DNA from: an uncultured bacterium
GTDB taxonomy: Bacteria; Patescibacteriota; Minisyncoccia; UBA6257; 2-01-FULL-56-20
Length of the DNA stretch: 64,000 bases
Direction of reading: 5' to 3'
Assembly (NCBI GenBank): GCA_963696395.1
Contig: CAVOJZ010000002.1
Coordinates: 296,347 to 360,346, forward strand
The stretch's first letter is position 1, and each line of letters begins with the position of its first letter. Of the stretch, positions 1 through 9,198 are shown piece after piece. A program made the position numbers and the translations under genes. Below the pieces are notes generated by a model. That model did no database searches. It worked only from the letters and a program-made list of their open reading frames with translations, and had not been told where the DNA came from.

Positions 1-535
1 CAAATGCCTGAAGCTCATCGATCGGCCACAAACGGAAGCGCACGATGCCCACAATATTTTTTGCCGGCAGCGGACCCCAGCTTCGCGAGTCATAGCTGAA
101 CGGCCGGTTGTCTCCGAGCATATAATAACTACTCGAAGACAACGTTACGTCAATATTTCCCGAAGTCACGAGTCCGGACGGAAGGTACGTTTCGTCAAGC
201 ACGATGCCGTTCGTGGAACTTGCGGTCGGATAAATGGTGATCTGGTCGTTCTTGATCACAACCCGTTCATTCGGCAACCCTATGACCCGCTTGATAAAAT
301 AGCTCGACCAGTCTTCTGGGTCATGGAACACAATAACCTCGCCGCGCTCGGGGGGACGAAAATGGTAGGTAAGCTCATCCGTGAGCACATAATCCCCGTT
401 ACCGAACGTCGGAATCATGCTGGTCCCGCTCACGAGGAACGGCTGGACAAGGTAAGTCCGGACAATGAAAACAGCGGCCACCGCGATGACCGCGATCTCA
501 ACAACTTCGAGAAGTGATGCGAAAAATTTTCTCAT
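1..535 (-). CDS. lepB: Signal peptidase I (runs off the window start)
   Basis: Own translation of the minus strand from ATG 535: MRKFFASLLEVVEIAVIAVAAVFIVRTYLVQPFLVSGTSMIPT...FIKRVIGLP...LGDNRPFSYDSRSWG, containing the S26 boxes B-E. Not in the ORF track because its stop is outside the window. Confidence 0.93.
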   Translation of the reverse strand, partial: MRKFFASLLEVVEIAVIAVAAVFIVRTYLVQPFLVSGTSMIPTFGNGDYVLTDELTYHFRPPERGEVIVFHDPEDWSSYFIKRVIGLPNERVVIKNDQITIYPTASSTNGIVLDETYLPSGLVTSGNIDVTLSSSSYYMLGDNRPFSYDSRSWGPLPAKNIVGIVRFRLWPIDELQAF

Positions 536-598
536 CCAGATTAAACAGCAATTATGGTACTCATTATATAGGGGATGGAATATAATAAGCAAATGGGA

Positions 599-1117
599 AT
601 GAAAATCATCATCGGCCTTGGCAATCCCGGAGCCGAGTACGAGCACACCTATCACAACGTCGGCCTGCTCGCGCTCGCCCATTGGATTGCCGAATTGAGC
701 CCCGACGCCGACTTTCGGCGGCACGGAGACTATTTCGAATATGCAAAATCAGGGAATCTCGTCTTTGTCCGGCCGCTCGTCTTCATGAACGAATCCGGCA
801 TGGCGGCACGCGAAGCGATTCGCGCATTCGACGCAAAGGCGGAAGAGATGCTTGTCCTCCACGACGAAAGCGATATGCCGCTCGGGGATTTCAAACTGTC
901 GCGCGGAGGCGGGTCGGCAGGACACAAAGGCGTCCAGTCACTAATCGATCATGTCCACACGAATGATTTTCTGCGCGGGCGGATCGGCATCCGCAACCCG
1001 AAAGAACGCACCCGGAAGAAGGCCGGCGACTTTGTCCTAAAGCCGATTACGAAAACGCATCAAAAAATCCTCGAACAGGTTTTCGAGGAGATTATTGCGC
1101 AGGAGGCGAAAACATAA
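599..1117 (+). CDS. pth: Peptidyl-tRNA hydrolase
   Basis: IIGLGNPG, HNVG, FMNESG, HDE, GSAGHKGV motifs; start placed at MKIIIG. Confidence 0.95.
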   Translation: MKIIIGLGNPGAEYEHTYHNVGLLALAHWIAELSPDADFRRHGDYFEYAKSGNLVFVRPLVFMNESGMAAREAIRAFDAKAEEMLVLHDESDMPLGDFKLSRGGGSAGHKGVQSLIDHVHTNDFLRGRIGIRNPKERTRKKAGDFVLKPITKTHQKILEQVFEEIIAQEAKT

Positions 1118-2600
1118 ACGTCATCGTGAACGTCACGGAATTCCCCTGGCTCAGGACGCCGGTCAGCGGGAGATTAATGTTGGAAAACTGTGCATCGTTT
1201 TCCAAATCCGCCTGAAAAGCAAGAATGTGGTCCCTGCCGGTGGCATATCCCTGAATTGAAACCGGCGAGGCAAAAGATTGGAGCGATAAATTAGTGATCG
1301 TAATGCCGGTCGAATTTGCAATCGGCAACAGCGTGGCAAGCACGGAATTTTTCGGGTGGATCATTTGCTCGATAGACGAAAGAAGCGTTACTGAACTGTT
1401 AAATTTTTGAGCCGTCGATTCCAGACTTGTGATCTTGGTGTACTGCTCGGCACTCACGGTTGAAGCCGAATTGAGCTGCGCCGGGCTAGCCATATTCCAT
1501 AAAAAGAAATCCGCGGCGACGTACGTTGCAAGGAGAAGGCCAAGCGCCATCGGAATCACCGTCCGCCAAAATCCTACAAAGTGAAGAAGTCGTTCCTCGT
1601 GAAATCGGTCGCGGGAGGTTTCGCCGAGAAGATTTATTTCGCGGTCCTTACTCCTTGCGGCGCTCCCCCGAAGGCTTGATCCAAGGACGACCAGCCATTC
1701 CGAAGAGATTGGCTGGCCCATGACAAGCGTGAGGCGCATGGCAGGAAACGAAGTACTGTCGGTTATAACTTTTTCCGCTTCTTCCTGAAATACAACCGTC
1801 GAGAGTATGATCGCCCCCAAAGGTTCGGACCAGCTTTGGCTGTAAAAATTCAGAACCTGCCGGAGGCTGCTGCTGATCGTCGCTTCAAATTTTTCGACAG
1901 TGATCTCCCCTTTCCCGTCCATCAGGTCGCGCCATGGATTCTCGTATTCGAAATATAACGAACCGTTTCTTATCACGAGAAAATCGAGACCGAAATTATC
2001 GACATTTATAAAAAGATACGCTTTCGGAACGTCAACGCCGGCACCTTTTTCGCGCACCAATCGCGTAAGTGCGAGACCCCGAGATTCAACCGCCATGGCG
2101 ATAAATCCCCCCTCGAACAACGCGTCCGCCATATCGTCCACGACCTTGCGGTCAACGAATGCGGCGAGGATCTCGAGTTGCACCGTCGCCTCGTTACGCC
2201 CCACAACCTGCCAGCTTGAATATGCCTCCGTGGTCGGAATCGGCGAAGCCATCTGAAGATTAAGCGATACCGCTTCGTTCAATCCTTCACCCCTCACAAT
2301 CGGCAATTGAAAAACCTGGGTGTAAACATCAACCGAGCTCAGGCAGACAACTGCGTTGATCTGCTTTTTTGCGTAATCCGGCCCCATCTGCTTCTTGAGC
2401 GCCGCAGCGGCGGCGACAAAGGCCGGTCGGTCCCTGATCACGCCTTTCTCAATAATTCCGGGGGCAAGCCTGGCGGCATACATTTTCCATGCGGCGCCGT
2501 CGAAAATCGCCACCCGCAGCACTTCGTCGCTCACCTCTAAACCGGCGGCCAGAGACCGAACCCGCAATAGCGACAATAACTGCTCTTTAATCGTCATCAT
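1092..2600 (-). CDS. Type IV pilus PilM-like actin-fold protein with C-terminal PilN-like TM/periplasmic part
   Basis: N-terminal GLEVSD..LRVA (PilM/FtsA-like), INLL motif then a TM helix and PilN-like ferredoxin tail; sits in the T4P cluster. Confidence 0.7.
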   Translation of the reverse strand: MMTIKEQLLSLLRVRSLAAGLEVSDEVLRVAIFDGAAWKMYAARLAPGIIEKGVIRDRPAFVAAAAALKKQMGPDYAKKQINAVVCLSSVDVYTQVFQLPIVRGEGLNEAVSLNLQMASPIPTTEAYSSWQVVGRNEATVQLEILAAFVDRKVVDDMADALFEGGFIAMAVESRGLALTRLVREKGAGVDVPKAYLFINVDNFGLDFLVIRNGSLYFEYENPWRDLMDGKGEITVEKFEATISSSLRQVLNFYSQSWSEPLGAIILSTVVFQEEAEKVITDSTSFPAMRLTLVMGQPISSEWLVVLGSSLRGSAARSKDREINLLGETSRDRFHEERLLHFVGFWRTVIPMALGLLLATYVAADFFLWNMASPAQLNSASTVSAEQYTKITSLESTAQKFNSSVTLLSSIEQMIHPKNSVLATLLPIANSTGITITNLSLQSFASPVSIQGYATGRDHILAFQADLENDAQFSNINLPLTGVLSQGNSVTFTMTFMFSPPAQ

Positions 2601-2629
2601 TACTATTGTATATCATCTCACAAAATTCC

Positions 2630-3766
2630 CTACCGGAATGTCACGATAAGCTCAGACGAACTTACCGATTCCGGATACTGCCACGTCGCCGCAACGGCTC
2701 CCGTAATATATTGATCCATGTCCTCCACGAAAACATGCGTCACCGTTGACGACGTCTCGAGCGTGTACCCGGTTGCTGCCGATGGCACATCGTTGGTCGA
2801 TCCGTCGTATGACGCGCCAAAAAGCAGTTCAACCGGCGATGATGGCGTGACCGAGCCGCTCGACGGCATGGCATTTGAAGCCTGCAATTGCGTTGACGAG
2901 ACATCGGCCGAGGCCGCGGTGGCGGCGCCGCGATATTCATACGTAAAAAGCGACGCGTAGCCAGCCCCCGCGCCAAAACTCGCCGTCACCGTGTTCGAGG
3001 CATTCCTGGCGTTATAAGCGGCAAACACATTCAGCTCCTCGTTGTACGCCGGATATTTGACGGAAGTCACAAGATTCCACGTGTTACCCGCCGTATCGTT
3101 TATGTTCACCGTTGCCGTTGAAGTTGTGTTTGCCGTGACCGCAATTAGCAAGCTGCTTGTTTCGTTCGCAGTTCCAAAAACCGTAGAAAGACTCGAGACG
3201 CTAGGATTATTCGACGCCGTTGACGATTGCTGGAGCATAGCCAGCTTCGGCACCGGCGCGAGCACCGTCGCCGACGTCTCGAATGTTTTCGAATAGCTTT
3301 GTTTGGTATTCGAGGTGTTCGCCGCCATAACAAAGGAAAATGAAACGGAATCGGTTCCATAACCCGATGAAGACCCCAGGTTATAGTGCCGGGTGAATGA
3401 CGTCGAAGATATGGTTACGCGGCTCGTCGTGAGCGGCAGCACCGAACCGAATCCCTGCTGGACATAAAGCGTTCCGCTCGCGAGCGTTATCACCGTGGGA
3501 TCGATCGCCGGATTCGCCATGCGAAGCGTAATCGCCGACGCCGGCGTATCAAGCGTCATGTCCGCAAGGCGCGCGGACTCGATATAGTATTGCAATTGTT
3601 CAAGAAGCGTCTGGCTTTGCTGTGTCACATCCGACTGGGACGATTGCCGCGTTTGCACATTTACGATGGCGATAAAAACAACAATAAACGAAACCGAAAC
3701 GATGGCAAACATCGCCATCGAGATCAAAAGATCTATAAGTGAAAGGCCTTGGCGATTCCGCATCAT
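2630..3766 (-). CDS. Minor pilin / prepilin-type protein with C-terminal beta-rich domain
   Basis: Class III signal QG|LSLIDLLISM followed by a hydrophobic helix. Confidence 0.8.
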   Translation of the reverse strand: MMRNRQGLSLIDLLISMAMFAIVSVSFIVVFIAIVNVQTRQSSQSDVTQQSQTLLEQLQYYIESARLADMTLDTPASAITLRMANPAIDPTVITLASGTLYVQQGFGSVLPLTTSRVTISSTSFTRHYNLGSSSGYGTDSVSFSFVMAANTSNTKQSYSKTFETSATVLAPVPKLAMLQQSSTASNNPSVSSLSTVFGTANETSSLLIAVTANTTSTATVNINDTAGNTWNLVTSVKYPAYNEELNVFAAYNARNASNTVTASFGAGAGYASLFTYEYRGAATAASADVSSTQLQASNAMPSSGSVTPSSPVELLFGASYDGSTNDVPSAATGYTLETSSTVTHVFVEDMDQYITGAVAATWQYPESVSSSELIVTFR

Positions 3767-4968
3767 TAGAAAGAAGTCGTGAGCTGATAAATCGGCACAA
3801 TAATCGATAGTGCGATTATCGCAACCATAATACCCATGAAAAGCAGGAGGATCGGTTCAAGCAGTGAAACCGCCGCCTTGATTTTTGCGTCAACGGTTGC
3901 GGCGTAAAATTCGGCAAGAGTATTCAAGACTTCGTCAATATGCCCGGCCTTTTCGGAAATGGCGACAAGATTCGAAACCATTTTCGGGAAAGCCGGTTCG
4001 CGCCGGAAGGCTTCGCCGATGGTAAATCCCTTGGCAAGTCCATCGTTTGCGATGCGGACAAGCGCGTCCTTGTAGGTGCGGAGCCCGACGGTTTCGGCGG
4101 CGACATTGATAGTTTGCATGATGGGAAGCCCGGCCTTCATGAGCGAGCTGATGGTTGAAGCCATGCGCTGTATCGCGAGGTCGCGATAAATTTCCCGAAG
4201 GACAGGAGTATTGCTGAGCACGTTTTGGAATGCCCGTTGGCCTGGTTTGGTTTTCTTGACCGCCCAGACCGCTGCTCCGGCGACCACGGCAAGAATCAAG
4301 GCGATTGGGATGATATTATTTCCGATAAAAAGACCGACGCCGAGAACGATTTCCGAAAAAAGCGGCGGGTTAATGCCGCTGTTTGAGAACACGACGGCAA
4401 CCTTCGGAAGCGCGAACGTGGTGAGAAAAACCATAATTGCAGAGGCCACGCCCACAAGTATGATCGGGTACACCATCGCCGATTTCACGCGGCTGCGCAG
4501 TTCCGCCTCCTGTTCGAGCATTGTACTCAGGTCGTTGAATGTTTTCTCAAGACTGCCCGACGACTCGGCGGCTTTCACAAGGTTAATAAAGGTCGGGGAA
4601 AAATCTTTCGGATGGTTGGCGAACGGAACGTAAAACGGCTCACCGCGGCCGAGGTCATCCCGGACTTCAAGAAGAAAATTCCGAACCGCAGGCTTATCGA
4701 AGTCCGCGATCAAAATATTGACCGCAGAGAGAAGATCGGTGCCCACCCTCAGCATGAGGGCGATATATTTCGTGAGAAAAACCTTATCTTCGGTTGTTAT
4801 GCCGCCGAATAAGTTCCAACCCGTATCGCTTTTTGACAGCGCTTTTACGGAAACGGGGCGCAATTCCTTTCCCGCGAGAAAACGAAGCGTATCATTCAAT
4901 GAATCCGCTTCGAGCTCGCCTTCGATCATTTTTCCTGCCGAATCCGCCGCAACGTAATGAAAGAGCAT
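3766..4968 (-). CDS. pilC: Type IV pilus platform protein (T2SS F family)
   Basis: F.Y.A.D..GK...G.LEA N-terminus, two T2SSF repeats, LLEPILL motif. Confidence 0.92.
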   Translation of the reverse strand: MLFHYVAADSAGKMIEGELEADSLNDTLRFLAGKELRPVSVKALSKSDTGWNLFGGITTEDKVFLTKYIALMLRVGTDLLSAVNILIADFDKPAVRNFLLEVRDDLGRGEPFYVPFANHPKDFSPTFINLVKAAESSGSLEKTFNDLSTMLEQEAELRSRVKSAMVYPIILVGVASAIMVFLTTFALPKVAVVFSNSGINPPLFSEIVLGVGLFIGNNIIPIALILAVVAGAAVWAVKKTKPGQRAFQNVLSNTPVLREIYRDLAIQRMASTISSLMKAGLPIMQTINVAAETVGLRTYKDALVRIANDGLAKGFTIGEAFRREPAFPKMVSNLVAISEKAGHIDEVLNTLAEFYAATVDAKIKAAVSLLEPILLLFMGIMVAIIALSIIVPIYQLTTSF

Positions 4969-4995
4969 ATACGATTATTGTACACTATTCCCCGC

Positions 4996-6720
4996 CTATT
5001 CCCTGATGACGCGAAGCACTTCTTCAAGTGTGGTGAGTGCAAGTTCCACCTTCCTCAGCCCGTCTTCAAACATGGTCTGCATGCCAGCTTCGCGCGCAAG
5101 TTCGCGGAATTTTTCGAGGCCGAAATCCGGCGAGGCGATGAAGACGCGCATCTTTTCATCCACTTCCATGATTTCATAAATGCCAAGCCGGCCGCGATAA
5201 CCGGTCATACCGCACACGGAACAGCCCTTGCCGCGATACAGCGTTTTTTGGATCTTAATCCCTTCGATTTTGATGCCAAGCTCATGCAGCTGCCCGTTCA
5301 CAATTTCCTGAATGTTCGGATCGGCTTCGTAAGAATAAGCGCATGACTGGCAGATTTTTCTCACGAGGCGTTGCGCGACCACCATATTTAAAACCGAGCT
5401 CACGAGAAACGGCGGGATCTTGAGGTCGAAAAACCGCGGGACGGCCGTCGGCGCATCGTTCGTGTGGAGCGACGAAAGCAGCAAATGCCCGGTGAGCGCG
5501 GATTGCACCGCGATTTCCGCAGTTTCCGCATCGCGAATTTCACCCACCATAATAATGTTCGGGTCTTGGCGAAGCAGAGCTCGCAATCCTGAAGCAAAAG
5601 TGATTCCCGCTTGCGTGTTAATCTGCGTCTGGTTGATATAACGCATGTTGTATTCGATCGGGTCTTCGATGGTCGTCACGTTCACCTGCGGGCGATTCAA
5701 CATGTTCATCAGAGCGTAAAGCGTCGTTGTTTTTCCGGAACCGGTCGGACCGGACGATATAATCATGCCGTAGGCCTTCTTGATGTTGTCGGCAACCTTC
5801 TTTGCGTCTTCGGGAGAAAAGCCGAGGTCTTCGAGTGAAAGCGGTTTTTGTGCGGCGTCAAGCAGACGCATTTCCACCTTTTCGCCGTAGAATGTGGGCA
5901 TCACCGAAACACGGACGTCCACCGTCTGGTTGCCGATCTGGTAACGGAACCTTCCGTCCTGCGGCGTGAAGTGTTCGTCAATCTTCAGCCCAGCCAGCAA
6001 TTTGATGCGGGCCGTAAGCGCCGGATGAATGGCTTTCGTCACGCTCATGATCTCGTATAAAATGCCGTCGATGCGGTAGCGGACGAACGTTGCCTCTTCA
6101 AGAATTTCGATGTGGATGTCGGAAGCTCGCGATGCGATTGCATAGGACAGGATGTTGTCTACGATGCCGACGATCGGAAGCTGGGCTGCAGCTTCGGCCA
6201 CGTCGTTTGATTGATTGAGTAGTGACGTGCGGATGTTGTCTTCGATCAGCTTTTTAAAATCCTGACCGAGTTCATAGCCGTATACGGAAAATCCACGGTT
6301 CAGATCCTCCGACGTCGCAAGATACGGTTTGATTTTCGTCTTCAGGCGCTGCTCTAGGAACTGGCGCGTTTCGAGATCGGAAGGGTCAACCATTGCGGCA
6401 TCAAACGTGCCGTCTGCCTCTTTATTAAAGATAATGACCTGCCGCTGGCGGGCGACATCTTCCGGTAAAAGCTTTACCGTCGCCGGGTCCAAATTCAAAT
6501 TATTAAAATCAACCTGCGGCACGCCGAGCGCGGTAGCAATCAGCTTATTCAAATAGTCCGCTTCGACGATCTTATCCGAAACAAGAAGATCTATAATGCT
6601 CTGCCCTTTGCGTTGTGATTCCTCAAAGTATTCCTTGAATTTCTCATCGGTAATGAGGCCCTCATTTACGATGAGCCTTTTTATATCGTCCGGTGGCAAA
6701 GGGAGTCGCGCCATATCCAT
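4996..6720 (-). CDS. pilB: Type IV pilus assembly ATPase (GspE/PilB)
   Basis: ASDIHIE, GPTGSGKTTTLY, TIEDPIEY, LRQDPNIIMVGEIRD, LHTND, CxxC-CxxC zinc motif. Confidence 0.95.
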   Translation of the reverse strand: MDMARLPLPPDDIKRLIVNEGLITDEKFKEYFEESQRKGQSIIDLLVSDKIVEADYLNKLIATALGVPQVDFNNLNLDPATVKLLPEDVARQRQVIIFNKEADGTFDAAMVDPSDLETRQFLEQRLKTKIKPYLATSEDLNRGFSVYGYELGQDFKKLIEDNIRTSLLNQSNDVAEAAAQLPIVGIVDNILSYAIASRASDIHIEILEEATFVRYRIDGILYEIMSVTKAIHPALTARIKLLAGLKIDEHFTPQDGRFRYQIGNQTVDVRVSVMPTFYGEKVEMRLLDAAQKPLSLEDLGFSPEDAKKVADNIKKAYGMIISSGPTGSGKTTTLYALMNMLNRPQVNVTTIEDPIEYNMRYINQTQINTQAGITFASGLRALLRQDPNIIMVGEIRDAETAEIAVQSALTGHLLLSSLHTNDAPTAVPRFFDLKIPPFLVSSVLNMVVAQRLVRKICQSCAYSYEADPNIQEIVNGQLHELGIKIEGIKIQKTLYRGKGCSVCGMTGYRGRLGIYEIMEVDEKMRVFIASPDFGLEKFRELAREAGMQTMFEDGLRKVELALTTLEEVLRVIRE

Positions 6721-6737
6721 TTATTTTATCACGAAAT

Positions 6738-6767
6738 GAAAACACCCCGTGTGTTCGGGGTGTTTTC
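6738..6767. terminator. Intrinsic terminator-like hairpin after the pilin gene
   Basis: GAAAACACCCCG-TGTGTT-CGGGGTGTTTTC, a perfect 12-bp stem. Confidence 0.75.
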
Positions 6768-6788
6768 GCAAAACTTTTCTAAATCGGA

Positions 6789-7421
6789 CTAAAGACCGAG
6801 GCTGGTTCCTTGCTCGTAAACGTAAGGATTATTACCTCCATCAGTCGATTCAACGTCGCTGGTGCCTCCCTTGGAATACTTTGCACTCTCCGTGAATGCT
6901 GACAGCTTGAAGACGGTTCCCGAAGCTTCATAGCTGTAGAAGTATCCCGGAGCTGTTGCCGAAGTTCCCGAAACGTTCGAAGGATCGACCGGCAAAGATC
7001 CAATCGGAGCTCCGGAGCTGATCAGGTTAAAGTTTACCTGAATCCAACCAGTGCCGCCGATAGAACGACTCGTTGTCGCTATCGGCGCTGTCGTGCTCGA
7101 CGCGAACATCCAGAAAAGGCAATTTCCCTGTGTTGATAATCCCCCAGTTGAAGTCGGCACCCACATAGCGGACGAACTGCCAATACTTACATAACACATA
7201 TTTTGCGTTCCCAGGTTCGGACTGGTTACGTCTGCCAAGTAGAGTGAAATAGCGCTCTTCAGCGTTGCCATGTCTGAGATGCGGTTTGAATCTCTGGATT
7301 GACGGAGAAGTTCCGCCGGGTTCAAAGACAAAATGACGACCACGGACAAAACAGCGATGATCGCGATAACGACAAGCAGTTCAATGAGCGTAAACGCTTT
7401 TCGATTTTTTCGATTTTTCAT
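6789..7421 (-). CDS. Type IV pilin (probable major pilin)
   Basis: MKNRKNRKA|FTLIELLVVIAII N-methylation motif, SRDSNRISD; followed by its own terminator. Confidence 0.9.
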   Translation of the reverse strand: MKNRKNRKAFTLIELLVVIAIIAVLSVVVILSLNPAELLRQSRDSNRISDMATLKSAISLYLADVTSPNLGTQNMCYVSIGSSSAMWVPTSTGGLSTQGNCLFWMFASSTTAPIATTSRSIGGTGWIQVNFNLISSGAPIGSLPVDPSNVSGTSATAPGYFYSYEASGTVFKLSAFTESAKYSKGGTSDVESTDGGNNPYVYEQGTSLGL

Positions 7422-7482
7422 AAATTGAATATAATTACGACCTTTTGGTATTACCTTAAGCTTAGCATAGCGACTATGCCGT

Positions 7483-8208
7483 TCATTCAATCATCCTGTG
7501 GATATCTGCAGGTTCTGCGTCAAATTCAAAATGATTGCCGCGATCATCGGAAAATTCGAGCTTTCTTGCGTGGAGCATAAGTCGCAAGGCAAACGTCGGA
7601 TGATTTTTTTTGCCGTACAACGCGTCGCCCATGATCGGATGACCGATACTCGCAAGGTGCACTCTAATCTGATGGGTTCGCCCCGTTTCCGGAGCAACCT
7701 CGAGAAGTGAGTATGTATTGCCGTCTTTTTTGAATTCTTTGAGTACTTTGTACTTCGTAATTGCGGGTTTGAGCATCCTGGTTGCAAAGACGCTCCGCTT
7801 GAGTGTTCCGTTTTTGATCCCGATCGGCGCGTCAATGGTCCCCTCTTTTTTATTGAGGACGCCAGCCACGACGGCGATATATGTTTTTTGAATTTTATGC
7901 TCCTGAAAAAGCAATTTTAACTCCTCGAATGTTTTTTGATTCTTGGGCACGATCATGATGCCCGACGTCTCCTTGTCGAGTCGATGCACGATGCCCGGCC
8001 GCATCGCGGGATCCTCGCCGACGTTTTTCACTTCCGGATAGTGCTCGAGCAACCAGTCCGTTAATGTGGGGGCATTTTTTATTACTTCCCCGTCACTGCC
8101 TTTACGCACGTTTTTTTTCGCAATCCGCGCGGGATGCACCTGCAAGCCGCTCGGTTTGTCCAAAACCAAAAAATCATCGTTCTCGAAAATGACTTTTGGT
8201 TCAATCAT
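7483..8208 (-). CDS. RluA/RluD-family pseudouridine synthase
   Basis: DKPSGLQVHP, HRLDKETSG, TGRTHQIRVH, GDALYG, LHA motifs. Confidence 0.93.
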   Translation of the reverse strand: MIEPKVIFENDDFLVLDKPSGLQVHPARIAKKNVRKGSDGEVIKNAPTLTDWLLEHYPEVKNVGEDPAMRPGIVHRLDKETSGIMIVPKNQKTFEELKLLFQEHKIQKTYIAVVAGVLNKKEGTIDAPIGIKNGTLKRSVFATRMLKPAITKYKVLKEFKKDGNTYSLLEVAPETGRTHQIRVHLASIGHPIMGDALYGKKNHPTFALRLMLHARKLEFSDDRGNHFEFDAEPADIHRMIE

Positions 8209-8211
8209 CGG

Positions 8212-8283
8212 TGGGCATGGAAGGAATCGAACCTTCGACCTCTGTCTTATCAGGACAGCGTTCTACCACTGAACTACATGCCC
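8212..8283 (-). tRNA. tRNA-Ile(GAT)
   Basis: GGGCATG acceptor stem, anticodon arm CTGTC-CTGATAA-GACAG, T-arm GAAGG-TTCGATT-CCTTC. Confidence 0.95.
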
Positions 8284-8295
8284 AGGCGTCCCCGG

Positions 8296-8367
8296 TGCGT
8301 CCTGGAGGGATCGGACCTCCGGCCTTCACAATGTCAATGTGACGCTCTACCACTGAGCTAAGGACGC
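8296..8367 (-). tRNA. tRNA-Val(GAC), T-loop TCCGATC
   Basis: GCGTCCT/AGGACGC acceptor stem, TCACA-TTGACAT-TGTGA anticodon arm, T-arm GGAGG-TCCGATC-CCTCC. Confidence 0.9.
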
Positions 8368-8379
8368 GATTTGTGTATG

Positions 8380-8589
8380 TTATTTCACAAGACCTCTCCA
8401 GTCAAGTTTGGCGGCGCTTTGAAGGTCGAATCCGGTATCCTGCTGCTGCGGAACATAGTTCAGCGCCTTATTGACGGTGGTTACGATGTCGTTCATGCCC
8501 CATAAATAAAAGCCGACGACAAACGCAAGGAAGAAAACCGCGAGGATGATAAGGAGGGTTTCCGGATGATCGCGCAAAAATTTGTTCAT
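8380..8589 (-). CDS. Small single-TM protein (pilus accessory-like)
   Basis: 69 aa with one TM helix; overlaps the stop of the upstream pilO-like gene. Confidence 0.65.
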   Translation of the reverse strand: MNKFLRDHPETLLIILAVFFLAFVVGFYLWGMNDIVTTVNKALNYVPQQQDTGFDLQSAAKLDWRGLVK

Positions 8590-9119
8590 TGGAAAAAAAG
8601 ATTCCCCTGGGCGCTCAGGTGGGCTCCCGAGTCACTGTTTAAAACGCTTAAGGAGGTGATGTTCAAAAGATATCCATTTGCCTTCGTTTCAAAATCACTA
8701 AGAAATGTTGTCACCTGCTCCATCGGACCCTCCACGTCAAGCGAAAACGGCACAATGCCGAAGGATCCTTCCGCGGGTGTTGACGGGTTTCCCTGAAATG
8801 AAAAGTTTGCGGTGACGCCGTCGGCCGTCGCGAGCGCGGTAACTTCCGGCGGAGTATTGATGAGACTCGATTGCGTGGGTAAGAGCGTATTGATCGCCGT
8901 TTCGTAGACGGCGGCAGCGGGTGCGTCGTGCTCGAGTTCGGCAAGGCGGCCGAGTGCCGCTGTATTCGCCTGTGTCGTTGCCCGGCCGCTCACGAATTTA
9001 TCCGCGGCTGAATGAAGGTCTCTTGATAGATACACAAAAGCGACGACTCCAAAGACAATGCTCACCACAATAATCCCCCCGTTTATAAGGAGCCTTGTTT
9101 TAAAATTCGTTTTCATCAC
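8586..9119 (-). CDS. PilO-like protein
   Basis: N-terminal TM, coiled segment, C-terminal FSLDVEG..EQV..FL..FE ferredoxin-like pattern. Confidence 0.65.
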   Translation of the reverse strand: MMKTNFKTRLLINGGIIVVSIVFGVVAFVYLSRDLHSAADKFVSGRATTQANTAALGRLAELEHDAPAAAVYETAINTLLPTQSSLINTPPEVTALATADGVTANFSFQGNPSTPAEGSFGIVPFSLDVEGPMEQVTTFLSDFETKANGYLLNITSLSVLNSDSGAHLSAQGNLFFQ

Positions 9120-9198
9120 TCCTTAATATTCTAGCAGATAGATTAAATCATTATTAAGCAATGCTTCTCATACTTCGTGAAACGGGTATTCTCGTATC

